DNA from: Candidatus Bathyarchaeota archaeon
Lineage (GTDB): Archaea > Thermoproteota > Bathyarchaeia > TCS64
Direction: 5' to 3'
Assembly: GCA_963771885.1 (NCBI GenBank)
Contig: CAVYVF010000023.1
Span: 64,001-128,000, forward strand
Length of the DNA stretch: 64,000 bases
Shown here: piece after piece, positions 39,151-49,616 of the stretch
Layout: each line of letters starts with the position of its first letter
Numbering within the stretch: the first letter of the stretch is position 1
The notes under the pieces: model-generated
Databases searched by the model: none
What the model saw: the letters and a program-made list of their open reading frames with translations, nothing else
What the model was told of the DNA's origin: nothing
Made by a program: the position numbers and the translations under genes

Positions 39151-40744
39151 ATGTACGATCTCGTAATCAAGAACGGGAGGGTTATCGACGGCACAGGCTC
39201 ACCTTGGTTCAAGGCCGACGTAGGCGTCGAGATGGGCGTCATTGCCGAGGTGGGGAGAGGCCTCAAGGGCCTCGACACCGTCGACGCCTCCGGCCTCGTC
39301 GTCTCACCGGGCTGGATAGACGTCCACATGCATGCCGATCACACCATACTCGGGAACACGCGCCTCGAGAGCTACATCCATCAGGGGATAACCACCGCCA
39401 CTATGGGCAACTGCGGCCTCAGCATGTATCCCCTACACAAGCACAGGGACGAACTCATAGCCTACCTGAAGCCATTCACCTCGGGTCTCCGCCTCGGCTG
39501 GGACTGGGACTCCATGGACGACTTCATCAAACGCGTCGAGGCGATCGGACCCGGCATTAACCTTACACCGTTCATCGGGCACGGCAGCATAAGGATCAAC
39601 GTGATGGGCTTCGACGACAGGGCCCCCACTGATGAGGAACTCGGCGAGATGAAGGGCTTCCTCACGCGAGGCGCTTGAGCAGGGAGCCTATGGGATGTCC
39701 ACGGGGCTCGGCTACCCACCCGGGACATTCACAAAGGAGGACGAACTCGTCGAACTCGGCGCCGTCCTCAACAAGTATGGGGGTCTCTACTCCACGCACA
39801 TGCGCGGCGGCGTCGAGAACCTAGCTGATACAATCAGCCTCGGACACAAGGCTAAGTTTCCCATCCAGATAAGCCACCTAGGCAGCAGCTGCGCCTCGAA
39901 CCCGGAACTCAACAAGCGCCACGGCGAGACGACCCTCAGGGCAATAGACGAGGCACGCGATAAGGGCCTCGACATCACGGCCGACATCTACCCCTACACG
40001 GCGGGTGCGAGCCTGCTCAGCCAGGTCATCCCCGATTGGGCTCACGAGGGGGGCGTCGAGAAGATGCTAAGCAGGATCCGCGACCCTGAGAATCGGGAAA
40101 AGATCAGGGAGGAGTTTAATGGCGCTGCGGGTCGCAAGGGGAGGGACCTGAGCAAGGTCTACGTCACTTACGTCAAGTCTGCGGCGAACAAGCGCTTCGA
40201 GGGAACGAGCGTAGCTGAGATAGCTAAGGCGCGTGGGGCTGGAGGAGTCGATGCCCTCTGCGACCTTCTCATAGAGGAGAACGCCGAGGCTATGAACATC
40301 ACCTTCTGGGGTGAGCAGGAGGACGTCGACACACTCGTTAAACACCCCGCTGTGATGCCCTGCAGCGACGGCTGGGCGCATGCCCCCTACGGCGAACTCG
40401 GGCAGGGAAAGCCGCACCCCCGATGTTACGGCGCCTTCCCGAGGTACCTCCACACATACGTGGTTGAGAAGAAGTTCTTCACGCTGGAGGAGGCGATCAG
40501 GAGGATGACGAGCATGCCCGCGGCTCGACTCGGGCTGCAGGACCGCGGCGTCATCAAGAGGGGGATGGTGGCGGATCTCACCGTCTTCGACCCAGCGACG
40601 GTGAAGGATAAGGGCACGTTCAAAGACCCGCACTGTTACCCTGAGGGGATCCCGTACGTGATAGTGAACGGGCGAGTCGCCATCGAGAAGGGAGAGCACA
40701 CGGGCGTGCTCGCAGGGAAGATTCTCCGGAAAGGGCGACCCTAG
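39151..40744 (+). CDS. N-acyl-D-amino-acid deacylase; frameshift near 39664
   Basis: PGWIDVHMHAD, GNCGLS, STGLGYPPG, HMR, SDG and HPRCYGAFPR motifs. Confidence 0.88.
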
Positions 40745-42180
40745 CCCTGCTTTGCCGCCTGCTCCCGGGCTACGGCGAGTGGTGGGCCGATCTCATCAGG
40801 TATGGCGCACCTGTAGACTCTTCCTTGCATCTTCTTCGCGTGCTCCTCTTTCGCATTCGCAAGCAGCTCCGGCCTGGTGAGCAGGTCGAGAGCCGTTCCT
40901 GCCATCGTCTTCGAAGCGAAAATGAGGCTCTTATGGCCGATGCTCGTGCCGCTGCAGGTGACTGTCTGCCAGCTGTGCCCCGGGGCGCCGAGGACGAAGG
41001 CGGCCGTTCCAAACTCCATGGTCGGCATCTGCCAGCTCACGTCCGAGACGTCGGTTGAGCCTCCGCTGACCTCCCCCTCGTTCCAGGGGTCGAGGATGTC
41101 CGCCACGAGGTCAATATCGAGGTACTTTTCCCAGTTTGGCAACTTCGACTTTCGGAGGTTGTCAACCTTCTGCTCTTTTGGGAAGCTCTTGGCGATCTCG
41201 GCGGCGAAGGCGAGGTCATCCTTTGTGTATGTGGGGGCGCCGATCTCCCTCATGTTGGCGACGACTACGCCGCTGAGAACTTTGCTCGGTAGGTTGTTGT
41301 AGACGCCCGTGAGGAACTCGACCTTTAAGGTGGTCTCTGTCATCAGGGCGGCTCCCTCCGCGATCTTTAAGATACGGGTGTAGATGTGGTCGACCTGGTC
41401 CCTCTCCGGCGCCCGTATGTAGTACCAGCTGCGGGCGTAGTCTGGGACGACGTTAGGCTGCCCGCCCCCCGCCTCGATGATGTAGTGGATGCGCGCCTTG
41501 TCGATGACGTGCTCGCGGAGGAAGTTCACGCCAACGTTCATCAGCTCGACGGCGTCCAGGGCGCTTCTGCCCTGCTCGGGGCTTCCTGCGGCGTGGCTCG
41601 TCTTCCCGTAGTAGTGGAACTTGACCGAGTTGATTGCGGTACTGCTGCCGAGTCCCGCCGTGTTGTAGGAGCTTGGGTGGTGGCTCAGGCACGCGTCGAC
41701 GCCGTTGAAGAGTCCTGCGCGGACCATGAAGACCTTGCCGTCGTAGTTCTCCTCCGCTGGGCATCCGTACATCTTTATGATGCCCTTGATCTTCTTGTCC
41801 TCCATGGCATGCTTGACTGCGATCGCCGCGGAGACTGCGGTGACGCCGTGTATGTTGTGTCCGCAGCCATGCCCGGGAGCACCCTCCCTCAGAGAATCCT
41901 TATGGGGCACCTTCTTGTTGCTGAGGCCGGGCAGGGCATCGTATTCGCCCATGAGACCGATGATTGGCCCCTCTCCGCTGCCCCATGTTGCCACGAAGGC
42001 GGTAGGCATACCTGCGACGCCCCTCTCAACCTTGAAGCCATGACTCTCCAACTCGTCCGCTAACAGCTTGGCAGATTTATCCTCGCATAACCCCAGCTCC
42101 GCGTACTCCCAGACCTTGTCACTGAGGCCTATGATGTGCTCCGTATTCTCATTTATCCAACCCCACGCCTCGCTCTTCAT
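40741..42180 (-). CDS. M20 amidohydrolase, AbgB-like (paralog 2)
   Basis: Same motifs as 34513..35961. Confidence 0.92.
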   Translation of the reverse strand: MKSEAWGWINENTEHIIGLSDKVWEYAELGLCEDKSAKLLADELESHGFKVERGVAGMPTAFVATWGSGEGPIIGLMGEYDALPGLSNKKVPHKDSLREGAPGHGCGHNIHGVTAVSAAIAVKHAMEDKKIKGIIKMYGCPAEENYDGKVFMVRAGLFNGVDACLSHHPSSYNTAGLGSSTAINSVKFHYYGKTSHAAGSPEQGRSALDAVELMNVGVNFLREHVIDKARIHYIIEAGGGQPNVVPDYARSWYYIRAPERDQVDHIYTRILKIAEGAALMTETTLKVEFLTGVYNNLPSKVLSGVVVANMREIGAPTYTKDDLAFAAEIAKSFPKEQKVDNLRKSKLPNWEKYLDIDLVADILDPWNEGEVSGGSTDVSDVSWQMPTMEFGTAAFVLGAPGHSWQTVTCSGTSIGHKSLIFASKTMAGTALDLLTRPELLANAKEEHAKKMQGRVYRCAIPDEIGPPLAVAREQAAKQG

Positions 42181-42275
42181 CAGAAAACACCGCTACCAGA
42201 ACTCGGGTGATAGGCGGTAAAAGATTTGGCACACCAGGTGGGAGAGAAGAGTGAGCGATCAGTTTGCTATCGCGA

Positions 42276-43190
42276 TTATCCTCTAAAGGCTTTCTTCAGC
42301 TCCTCGATATCGATCTTCTTCATCTTGAGGAACGCATTTGTAACGCGCTCCACCTTCGTCTTGTCAGGGTCGAGCAGCATCTCGTCAAGTATCTTAGGCG
42401 CGACCTGCCACGAGACGCCGTACTTGTCCTTGAGCCAGCCACATACACTCTCCTGCCCGCCGTTGGTCGTGAGCTTGCCCCAGTAGTAGTCGATCTCCTT
42501 CTGGTTTTCGCACTCCACCAGGAGTGAGATGGCCTCGTTGAAGCCGAAGAGGTGGGGCTGGGCGCTGTCCATGGCGGCGAACTCCTGCCCCTCGAGGGTG
42601 AAGGAGGCGTGCTGGATCGTGCCCTCCCTGTCGGGCTCCATCCCCTTGCCGTAACGCATGATGTTGCCAACCTTTACGTTTCGGAAGACCTTGGTGTAGA
42701 GGTTGATCGCCTCCTCCGCCTTTCCGCTGACGTCGCCGACGTACATCAGCGTCGGGGTGATCTTCTGCGTTATCTGGCGATCCCCTGCGTACATGATTTG
42801 CCATGAGAGGCCGTACCTGTCCTGCGTCCACCCGTACCTCTCGCTGAAGGGGTATTCGCCGAGCTCCATGAGTGCAGTACCGCCGTCGGAGAGCTTTCCC
42901 CATAGTTTATCGACATCTGGCTTAGTCTTGCAGGCGACTAGGAAGGAGATGGCGGGCGTGAACTTGAACAGCGGACCGCCGTTTATCCCTATATATCTCA
43001 TCCCCTCGATCTCGAACACGACGTTCATGACTGCGCCTTCGGGGATGCCGTGGATCTCGAAACCCGCCTTAGTCGCGCGTGTTACGTTTCCGATCTTCGA
43101 GTCCTTGAAGGTTGAGATGTAGAACCTCACCGCCTCCTCGGCTTGCCGGTCAAACCACAAGCTCGGTATTATCTTCTGTTTGACGTTCAT
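42276..43190 (-). CDS. Tandem PhnB/3-demethylubiquinone-9 methyltransferase-like VOC protein
   Basis: Two repeats with NGGPLFKF, GWTQDRYGLSWQ and CGWLKDKYGVSWQ. Confidence 0.88.
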   Translation of the reverse strand: MNVKQKIIPSLWFDRQAEEAVRFYISTFKDSKIGNVTRATKAGFEIHGIPEGAVMNVVFEIEGMRYIGINGGPLFKFTPAISFLVACKTKPDVDKLWGKLSDGGTALMELGEYPFSERYGWTQDRYGLSWQIMYAGDRQITQKITPTLMYVGDVSGKAEEAINLYTKVFRNVKVGNIMRYGKGMEPDREGTIQHASFTLEGQEFAAMDSAQPHLFGFNEAISLLVECENQKEIDYYWGKLTTNGGQESVCGWLKDKYGVSWQVAPKILDEMLLDPDKTKVERVTNAFLKMKKIDIEELKKAFRG

Positions 43191-43276
43191 AATGCATCTA
43201 GTCGCTGTTTTGGAATCTTCATTATTAAATGTATAAAAGTGTGGATTAGAATCGTAAAATTGCTTAATCAGGAGGA

Positions 43277-44026
43277 CTAGACCAGAGTTTGTACCTCGCC
43301 GACGAGGACATCGCCTTCGCCGTGTACGAGGAGCAATGCCTCTCCCGAGTTGGGAGCCTCGACCACTTTCTCTCCCTGATTATTCCATACTGCGCTTCTA
43401 CCGGCTGTTGGGAAGCCTCCGGATGAGGAGGCGTAATTTGCCATGAGGACGATCATTTGGTGGCTATGGGCGTAGCCGCGTAGCTGGGCGGAGTCGGCTT
43501 CAATGCCCGTGGGGGTGATGAAGACACCAGCAGCGTAGACGGTGGCGCCGGCCCGTGCTGCTGCCTCAGCGTGCTCGGGATGGGTCGTATCGGCGCAGAC
43601 GGCGAATGACACACGCTCGCCGTCGATCCCTATCTGGGGCTCCATCGTCCCCGGCACGAAGCATGTCTCCTCCCCGCTGTGTAGGTGGTGCTTCGTGTAG
43701 ACGCATACCCCCTCGGGCTGGATGACGAGGGCGGCTATGTGCAGTCCCTTCTGGGACCTGTATGGCGCTCCAGCGACTATCGTGATGGCGTGTTTCCGGG
43801 CGATTTTAATGAGAGGCTTGAGGCGTGGATCTTCGGCGGTGAGTGCATGGGTTGCCGCTATGTCGGGTTCGTAGCCGGTGAGCGACAGTTCAGGGAAGAC
43901 TATGAGGCGTGCATCGTGCCTCGCGGCTGCCGTGGCAAAACGTACGTGGATCTCGACGTTGGCCTCGACGTCGCCCCTGACAGATGCAGTCTGGGCTACA
44001 GCTAGAACCGGTGAAAGTTGGGGCAC
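43277..44026 (-). CDS. Carbon-nitrogen hydrolase (nitrilase superfamily)
   Basis: FPELSLTGY, YTKHHL and VCAD (Glu-Lys-Cys triad). Confidence 0.9.
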   Translation of the reverse strand: MPQLSPVLAVAQTASVRGDVEANVEIHVRFATAAARHDARLIVFPELSLTGYEPDIAATHALTAEDPRLKPLIKIARKHAITIVAGAPYRSQKGLHIAALVIQPEGVCVYTKHHLHSGEETCFVPGTMEPQIGIDGERVSFAVCADTTHPEHAEAAARAGATVYAAGVFITPTGIEADSAQLRGYAHSHQMIVLMANYASSSGGFPTAGRSAVWNNQGEKVVEAPNSGEALLLVHGEGDVLVGEVQTLV

Positions 44027-44086
44027 AGTAAGGCAACATATCTACAATGATTTATATGTATCAACATCGGGGTCTCTGTGATCGCA

Positions 44087-44161
44087 ATGTCCTGTAAATG
44101 CGGTTGCGGCTGCGGCGCAGCTAGCAAGAAAAAGGAAGAGAAGAAGCCAAAGAAGGAGTAA
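44087..44161 (+). CDS. 24-aa Cys-rich, Lys-rich micropeptide
   Basis: MSCKCGCGCGAASKKKEEKKPKKE*; TTTATAT box at 44051, GTGAT SD and T-rich terminator after the stop. Confidence 0.6.
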   Translation: MSCKCGCGCGAASKKKEEKKPKKE

Positions 44162-44224
44162 GCCTTCCCTCTCCGTTTGTATTTTCTTTTTTTTCATCAC
44201 CCCAGTGGTAAGATTTAACCCACA

Positions 44225-44827
44225 GTGGGTATGTTCCGTAGGTTCAGTGGTATCCGCTTGGCTGATCTCGACGTGGTCTCTCTCCTACTTCTCGCGGCCG
44301 GGTTGTCGATGGATGTTTTTAGCGTCTCAGCGGCTACGGGCTGCGGGATGGGTAAGATCGCTAGGGGGCAGATGCTCCGCCTCGCGACCGCGTTCGGCGC
44401 CTTCCACGTCTTCATGCCCTTCATTGGCTGGTTCGCTGGTGAGCGCGTCGCCTATCTGATCGAGGGATATGATCACTGGCTCGCCTTCCTCCTCCTCGCC
44501 TTCGTGGGCGGACGGATGCTCCTCGAGGGGATAAGGGGGGACGAGGATGTAGACCCGAGCCGGATCTTGCAGCTTGGGAGCCTCATGGTGTTCAGCCTAG
44601 CTGTGAGTATAGATAGCATCGCCGTGGGGTTGAGCTTCGGGCTTGAAGGCGTGCCGATACTGTTCCCCGCCGTCCTCATCGGGACAACGGCCTTTGTATT
44701 CACATACATTGGCGTCGCTGTGGGATGCAGAACGGGTGAGTGGATTGGAAGGTGGTCGCAGATAGCCGGCGGCCTCGTCCTGCTGATCATCGGGCTGAGG
44801 ATCCTGCTCAGCCACATCTTGGTGTAG
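44225..44827 (+). CDS. mntP: Manganese efflux pump MntP
   Basis: GLSMDVFSVS, FGAFHVFMP, DHW and AVSIDSIAVG motifs; true start may be TTG 44258. Confidence 0.9.
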   Translation: MGMFRRFSGIRLADLDVVSLLLLAAGLSMDVFSVSAATGCGMGKIARGQMLRLATAFGAFHVFMPFIGWFAGERVAYLIEGYDHWLAFLLLAFVGGRMLLEGIRGDEDVDPSRILQLGSLMVFSLAVSIDSIAVGLSFGLEGVPILFPAVLIGTTAFVFTYIGVAVGCRTGEWIGRWSQIAGGLVLLIIGLRILLSHILV

Positions 44828-44829
44828 GG

Positions 44830-46270
44830 CTACTCCTGCGCCTTCATCGCGCCGACCTTTGCGATTTCTAGGGGTGGGACGCAGTCTTCGGGTATGGGGG
44901 TCTTGTATGTTCTACCTTTGAGGCGGTCGGCATGCTCCGTTTTGGCTTTATTGAGTAGCTCGGGCTGGGTTATGAAGTCGAGCGCTGTACCAGCGATGGT
45001 CTTGGCGGCGAATGCGAGGCTCTTGTGGGCGATGGTGGTGGCGCTCATTGTGACGAACTGCCAGCTGTGGCCGGGGGCGCCGAGGACGTTGACTGTTGTG
45101 CCGAATTCGACGGTTGGGCACTTCCAGCTGACGTCCCCTACGTCGCTGCTGCCCGCCATAGTTTCACCGTCTCCGCTGGGGTCGAGGATGTCGGTGGGGA
45201 GGTCGACGTCGACGTACTTCTCCCAGCCGGGTATCTTGGATTTGCGCAGGGCAGTCTACCTTCTGTTCCTTGGGGAAGCTTTTAGCGATCTCGGCGGCGA
45301 AGTCGAGTTCCTTCTTGGTGTAGGTGGGTGCGCCGGCCTCGCGCATGTTCTTGACGACGGCCTCGGCTACTACCCTGTTGGGGATTATATTGTAGAGTCC
45401 GTCGATGAACTCGACCTTGAGGGTTGTCTCGGTCATGAGGGCGGCGCCCTCGGCGATCTTGAGGATGCGGGCGTAGATGGGGTCGAGCTGGTCGCGTTCG
45501 GGTGCCCTGATGTAGTACCAGCTGCGGGCGTAGTCGGGGACAACGTTGGGCTGGCCTCCGCCGGCCTCGATGACGTAGTGGATGCGGGCATCTTGGATGA
45601 CGTGCTCGCGGAGGAAGTTGACGCCTACGTTCATGAGCTCGATGGCGTCGAGGGCACTTCTGCCCTGCTCTGGGTTGCCGGCAGCGTGGCTTGTCTTGCC
45701 GTGGTAGTGGAACTTGACGCCGTTTACGGCCGTGCTGCTGCTGAGGCGGGCGGTATTGAGGCTGCTTGGGTGGTGGCTGAGGCAAACATCTACGTCGTCG
45801 TAGTGGCCCTCTTTTACCATGAAGACCTTGCCGGCGTAGTTCTCCTCGGCGGGTGTGCCAAAGAACTTGACCTTCGCCTTGATCTTCTTCTCCTCGAGGG
45901 CATAGCGGGTGGCGATGGCTCCGGCCATTCCGCTGACGCCGTGTATGTTGTGTCCGCAGCCGTGCCCGGCGTGGCCGGGTTTGAGGGGCTCCTTCTTGGT
46001 TGTCTTCTTCTGGCTTATGCCGGGTAAGGCGTCAAACTCGCCTTGGACGCCGATTGTGGGTTTACCTGTGCCCCAGGTGGCGACGAAGGCGGTGGGCATC
46101 CCGGCGACGCCGCGGGTGACCTTGAAGCCGTGCTTCTCGAGCTCATCGGCGATGAGTTTACTGGATCGGGTCTCCCAGAGGCCTAGCTCGGCGTATTCCC
46201 AGATCTTGTCGCTCATCTCGGCGAGATGCTTGCTATGGTCTTCTATCCACTTGTATGCTATCTGTTTCAT
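44830..46270 (-). CDS. M20 amidohydrolase, AbgB-like (paralog 3); frameshift near 45253
   Basis: Colinear with the other two paralogs once one extra base is removed. Confidence 0.88.
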
Positions 46271-46436
46271 GGAGTAGGGAGGGGGGTTTAAGAGGTTAAG
46301 TTTTGGGTGTATAGAAGGTATTTCTCGACGGATGCTAACGTCATCATCGGGGGGATCGTTATAGGGAGGAGCATGGAGTAATCTCCAATGAGAATATGTA
46401 TGCCTTGAAAAGGTGCACGCCTAATTCGGCATTGAT

Positions 46437-46658
46437 CTAGTAGTTGTGTTTGGTGTATTTCTCGTGGTGTCTGCGGATTATGTCGATGACCTTGTCGTAG
46501 TCTTCCTTTGTGTGTACCTTCTGAAAGGTTATTGTGTGTTCCCAGGCCTTGGTCTTGGGGTCTACCTTGTTTATCCTGAAGTAGGCCTGGATACCGATCT
46601 TTCGTAGCTCTGCTACGACCTCGCTCTCCTGCTGCTTTACCTCGGGGGGTATGGACAA
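46437..46658 (-). CDS. Small hypothetical protein (73 aa)
   Basis: Host-like codon usage; TAAATA box upstream. Confidence 0.6.
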   Translation of the reverse strand: MSIPPEVKQQESEVVAELRKIGIQAYFRINKVDPKTKAWEHTITFQKVHTKEDYDKVIDIIRRHHEKYTKHNY

Positions 46659-46700
46659 AATGGTTCGCCTGTGTGTTGGTGGGCTGTTCGGGTATTTAGG

Positions 46701-46835
46701 TTACTTTTTCTTCTTGTAGCCGGCGGGGAGGGCCACCGCCTTGCGCTCCTTAGTGGCCTGCTTCTTGGCGCGTACCAACTCGTTGTGCTTCTTGACGCCT
46801 TCGATCTTCTCGGTCTTCTTCTTGCTTGTCGGCAT
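46701..46835 (-). CDS. Small, highly basic protein (44 aa)
   Basis: MPTSKKKTEKIEGVKKHNELVRAKKQATKERKAVALPAGYKKKK; AAG-biased Lys codons; TATAAG about 35 nt upstream. Confidence 0.6.
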   Translation of the reverse strand: MPTSKKKTEKIEGVKKHNELVRAKKQATKERKAVALPAGYKKKK

Positions 46836-47338
46836 AAAGTGTCTGGGTAGTGGGCGCGGTTCCCCCGCCTTATAGGTATGCATTATAGTGTGCTACCTAT
46901 CATAACGAGAAAAAGTTCTAGTGTTTATTGGCGAGTTTCTCTTGGACGGCTTTTGTGTATAAGAGTTATAGATTATTATTTCACATTTATATGTAAGTTA
47001 TTAAATTCGTCTTAAGTACTGCTCGTTGAGCTGGGTTCGAATCCGCGCAATAAGCCGCTCCCACCGGCGCGTGCACACCAGGAGTTACAGACCTAAGCCG
47101 GTGGGCTCACGCCTAACAAACCCTCTACAACACACCTTCAAAGATTATCGAAACAAAACCATTGAATAAAATCAATTAGCGAGAGAAAATGAGGAGGAGG
47201 AGTTGAGTTACAGAGGGAGTTTTAAGCCCCAGTTTTTGCAAGAATGTTTCTTTTACGACAGATCGTCACCCGAGATGCGACGAACACTGTCTCCCACGTG
47301 GATGAACGTATAAACTCGAAGCGCAACATTACCCATCT

Positions 47339-48535
47339 GTGAATCAGAAGTTGTACGACTTCGACACAGTCATAGACAGAATGGGAACAAGCTCCAGCAA
47401 GTGGAGCTACGCCAAGAAGATGACGGGCTACGACGACGTCCTCCCCATGTGGGTCGCGGACATGGACTTCGCTTGCGCCCCCGAGATCGTCGCCGCCATA
47501 AAGGAAAGGGCAGCCCACCCAATCTACGGCTACACGAGCCGAACCGACGGCTACTATAACGGCATGATCAATTGGATGGCCAAGCGCAACGGCTGGAAGG
47601 ACGTAAAACGTGACTGGATACTTAGCAGCCCAGGCGTCGTCCCCGGCTTCAACTACAGTATCCAGGCCTACAGTCACCCTGGCGACAAGGTAATCATCCA
47701 GCCCCCAGTCTACTACCCCTTCAGAAACGCCATCTTAAACAACGGCCGCCAGGTCGTCGACAACCCCCTCAAGATAGTAGACGGCTACTATGAGATGGAC
47801 TACGAGGACTTGGAGAAGAAGATCGACGCAAGGACTAAGATGCTCATCTTCTGCAGCCCCCACAACCCAGTCGGCCGCGTCTGGAAGAAGGACGAGCTAA
47901 AACACATGGCCGAGATCTGCGAGAAAAGGAACATAGTCATCGTCAGCGACGAGATACACAGCGACCTCATCCTCGGCAAGATCAAGCATACCTGCACTGC
48001 CACCGTCAGCGCCGATGCCCTCGACCGCACCGTCACACTCACAGCCCCCAACAAGACCTTCAACATCGCCGGACTACAGAACGCCGACGCAATAATCCCA
48101 AACAAGAAGCTTCGCGACGCCTTCTTCACCGTCACCCAAAACAACAGCGTCAGTAACCCCAACATCTTTGGCATGGTAGCCCAGGAAGCCGCGTACGCCA
48201 AGGGCGAGCCCTGGCTCGAGGAGTGCCTCACATACCTCCGAGGCAACCTCAAGTTCTTCGAGGACTACGTTAAGAAGAACATGCCAATGCTCAAGGTATA
48301 CCCACTCGAGGGCACATACCTCGCCTGGGTCGACTGCGGCGCTCTAGGGATGGACGATAAGATACTCCACACATGGATGCTCGAGAAGGCAAAGCTCTGG
48401 CTCGACGACGGCGTCATGTTCGGTGCGGAGGGCAGCCTCTACATGCGCTTCAACATCGCCACCCCACGCAGCATCCTCAAGGAGGGCCTCGACCGTCTCG
48501 CCAAGGCAGTCAAGGCGCTGCCGAAGAAGAAATAA
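47339..48535 (+). CDS. MalY/PatB family PLP-dependent C-S lyase
   Basis: LPMWVADMDF, CSPHNPVGRVW, SDEIHSD, APNKTFNIAG and GTYLAW motifs. Confidence 0.92.
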   Translation: MNQKLYDFDTVIDRMGTSSSKWSYAKKMTGYDDVLPMWVADMDFACAPEIVAAIKERAAHPIYGYTSRTDGYYNGMINWMAKRNGWKDVKRDWILSSPGVVPGFNYSIQAYSHPGDKVIIQPPVYYPFRNAILNNGRQVVDNPLKIVDGYYEMDYEDLEKKIDARTKMLIFCSPHNPVGRVWKKDELKHMAEICEKRNIVIVSDEIHSDLILGKIKHTCTATVSADALDRTVTLTAPNKTFNIAGLQNADAIIPNKKLRDAFFTVTQNNSVSNPNIFGMVAQEAAYAKGEPWLEECLTYLRGNLKFFEDYVKKNMPMLKVYPLEGTYLAWVDCGALGMDDKILHTWMLEKAKLWLDDGVMFGAEGSLYMRFNIATPRSILKEGLDRLAKAVKALPKKK

Positions 48536-48619
48536 AACCTCCTTTTTAACTCCAAACGGGTTTAGACAGGCCTTGGGGATCATTAACCTTTAATCGACAT
48601 AGAATAATGTCAAACCGGC

Positions 48620-49616
48620 ATGAGAAGAGCACTCATCCTAGCCGCCGCCGTTGTGATCATTGCCATCGTCCTGCTCGGACTCTCCGTAAAAACGGCTGAG
48701 CCCCCCGCCACCACGACGACGCCCCCCGAGAGTCAAGAGGGAAAATAAGATTCCTGTTGACGCAGAGAAAGTCACACCCGCTGGCGACTCCCACCCGCCC
48801 ATCCTCCACTCGAGCCTCTACGAGGATCCCATCCCTCTCGGCGCCGGCGTAAACACCGCGGGCGGCGAGGACTCACCCTTCATTACCCCCGACGGCGCCA
48901 CACTCTACTTCTTCTTCACCCCTGACGTCTCAATCCCCGCTGAGCAGCAGCTATTCGACGGCGTCACCGGCATATGGGCATCCACCCGCCGACCCGATGG
49001 CACCTGGGGCGAAGCCGAGAGGATACACCTACAAGACAAGGGTAAGCTCGCTTTAGATGGCGCCGAGTACGTCAGTGGCGACACCATGCTATTCGCCTCT
49101 GCTCGCGAGGGCTACGAGGGCATTGGCTGGTATCAGGCGGACCGTGTCGACGGCATCTGGACCAACTGGAGGAACGTCGACGACCTGCTCAAGACCGAGG
49201 AGTACCAGACCGGCGAGCTACACATCTCCCCCGATGGCTCCACCCTCTACTTCCACTCCACACGCCCCGGCGGAGCTGGGGGACTCGACATCTGGGCATC
49301 CACCCGCGATGGTGACACCTGGGGCGAGCCCGAGACCATCCCCGCCGTCAACACCCCCGGAGACGAGGGCTGGCCCGCCATAAGCCCCACCGGCGACGAA
49401 CTCTGGTTCCTACGAACATACCTGGGCACCCCTGCCATCTATCGATCACTGCTCGTCGACGGTGAATGGGACACCCCAGAGCTCGTAATCTCACAGTTCG
49501 CCGGTGAGCCCAGCGTAGACGAGGCGGGCAACCTCTACTTCGTCCACCACTACTACAGGGACAACACGATGATCGAGGCGGACATATACGTGGCGAGGCC
49601 CAAGACGTCACCCTAA
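48620..49616 (+). CDS. Membrane-anchored/secreted PD40 (TolB-like) beta-propeller protein; frameshift in the C6 run near 48725
   Basis: Signal anchor MRRALILAAAVVIIAIVLLG, then repeats VNTAGGEDSPFITPDG, ISPDGSTLYFHS and VNTPGDEGWPAISP. Confidence 0.75.

Noticed and set aside
44200..44260. yybP-ykoY Mn riboswitch upstream of mntP
   Set aside because: The space is too short and no consensus or four-way junction is visible.
47030..47050. tRNA gene or att site at GGTTCGAATCC
   Set aside because: The T-stem does not pair, there is no acceptor stem or CCA, and no integrase is nearby.
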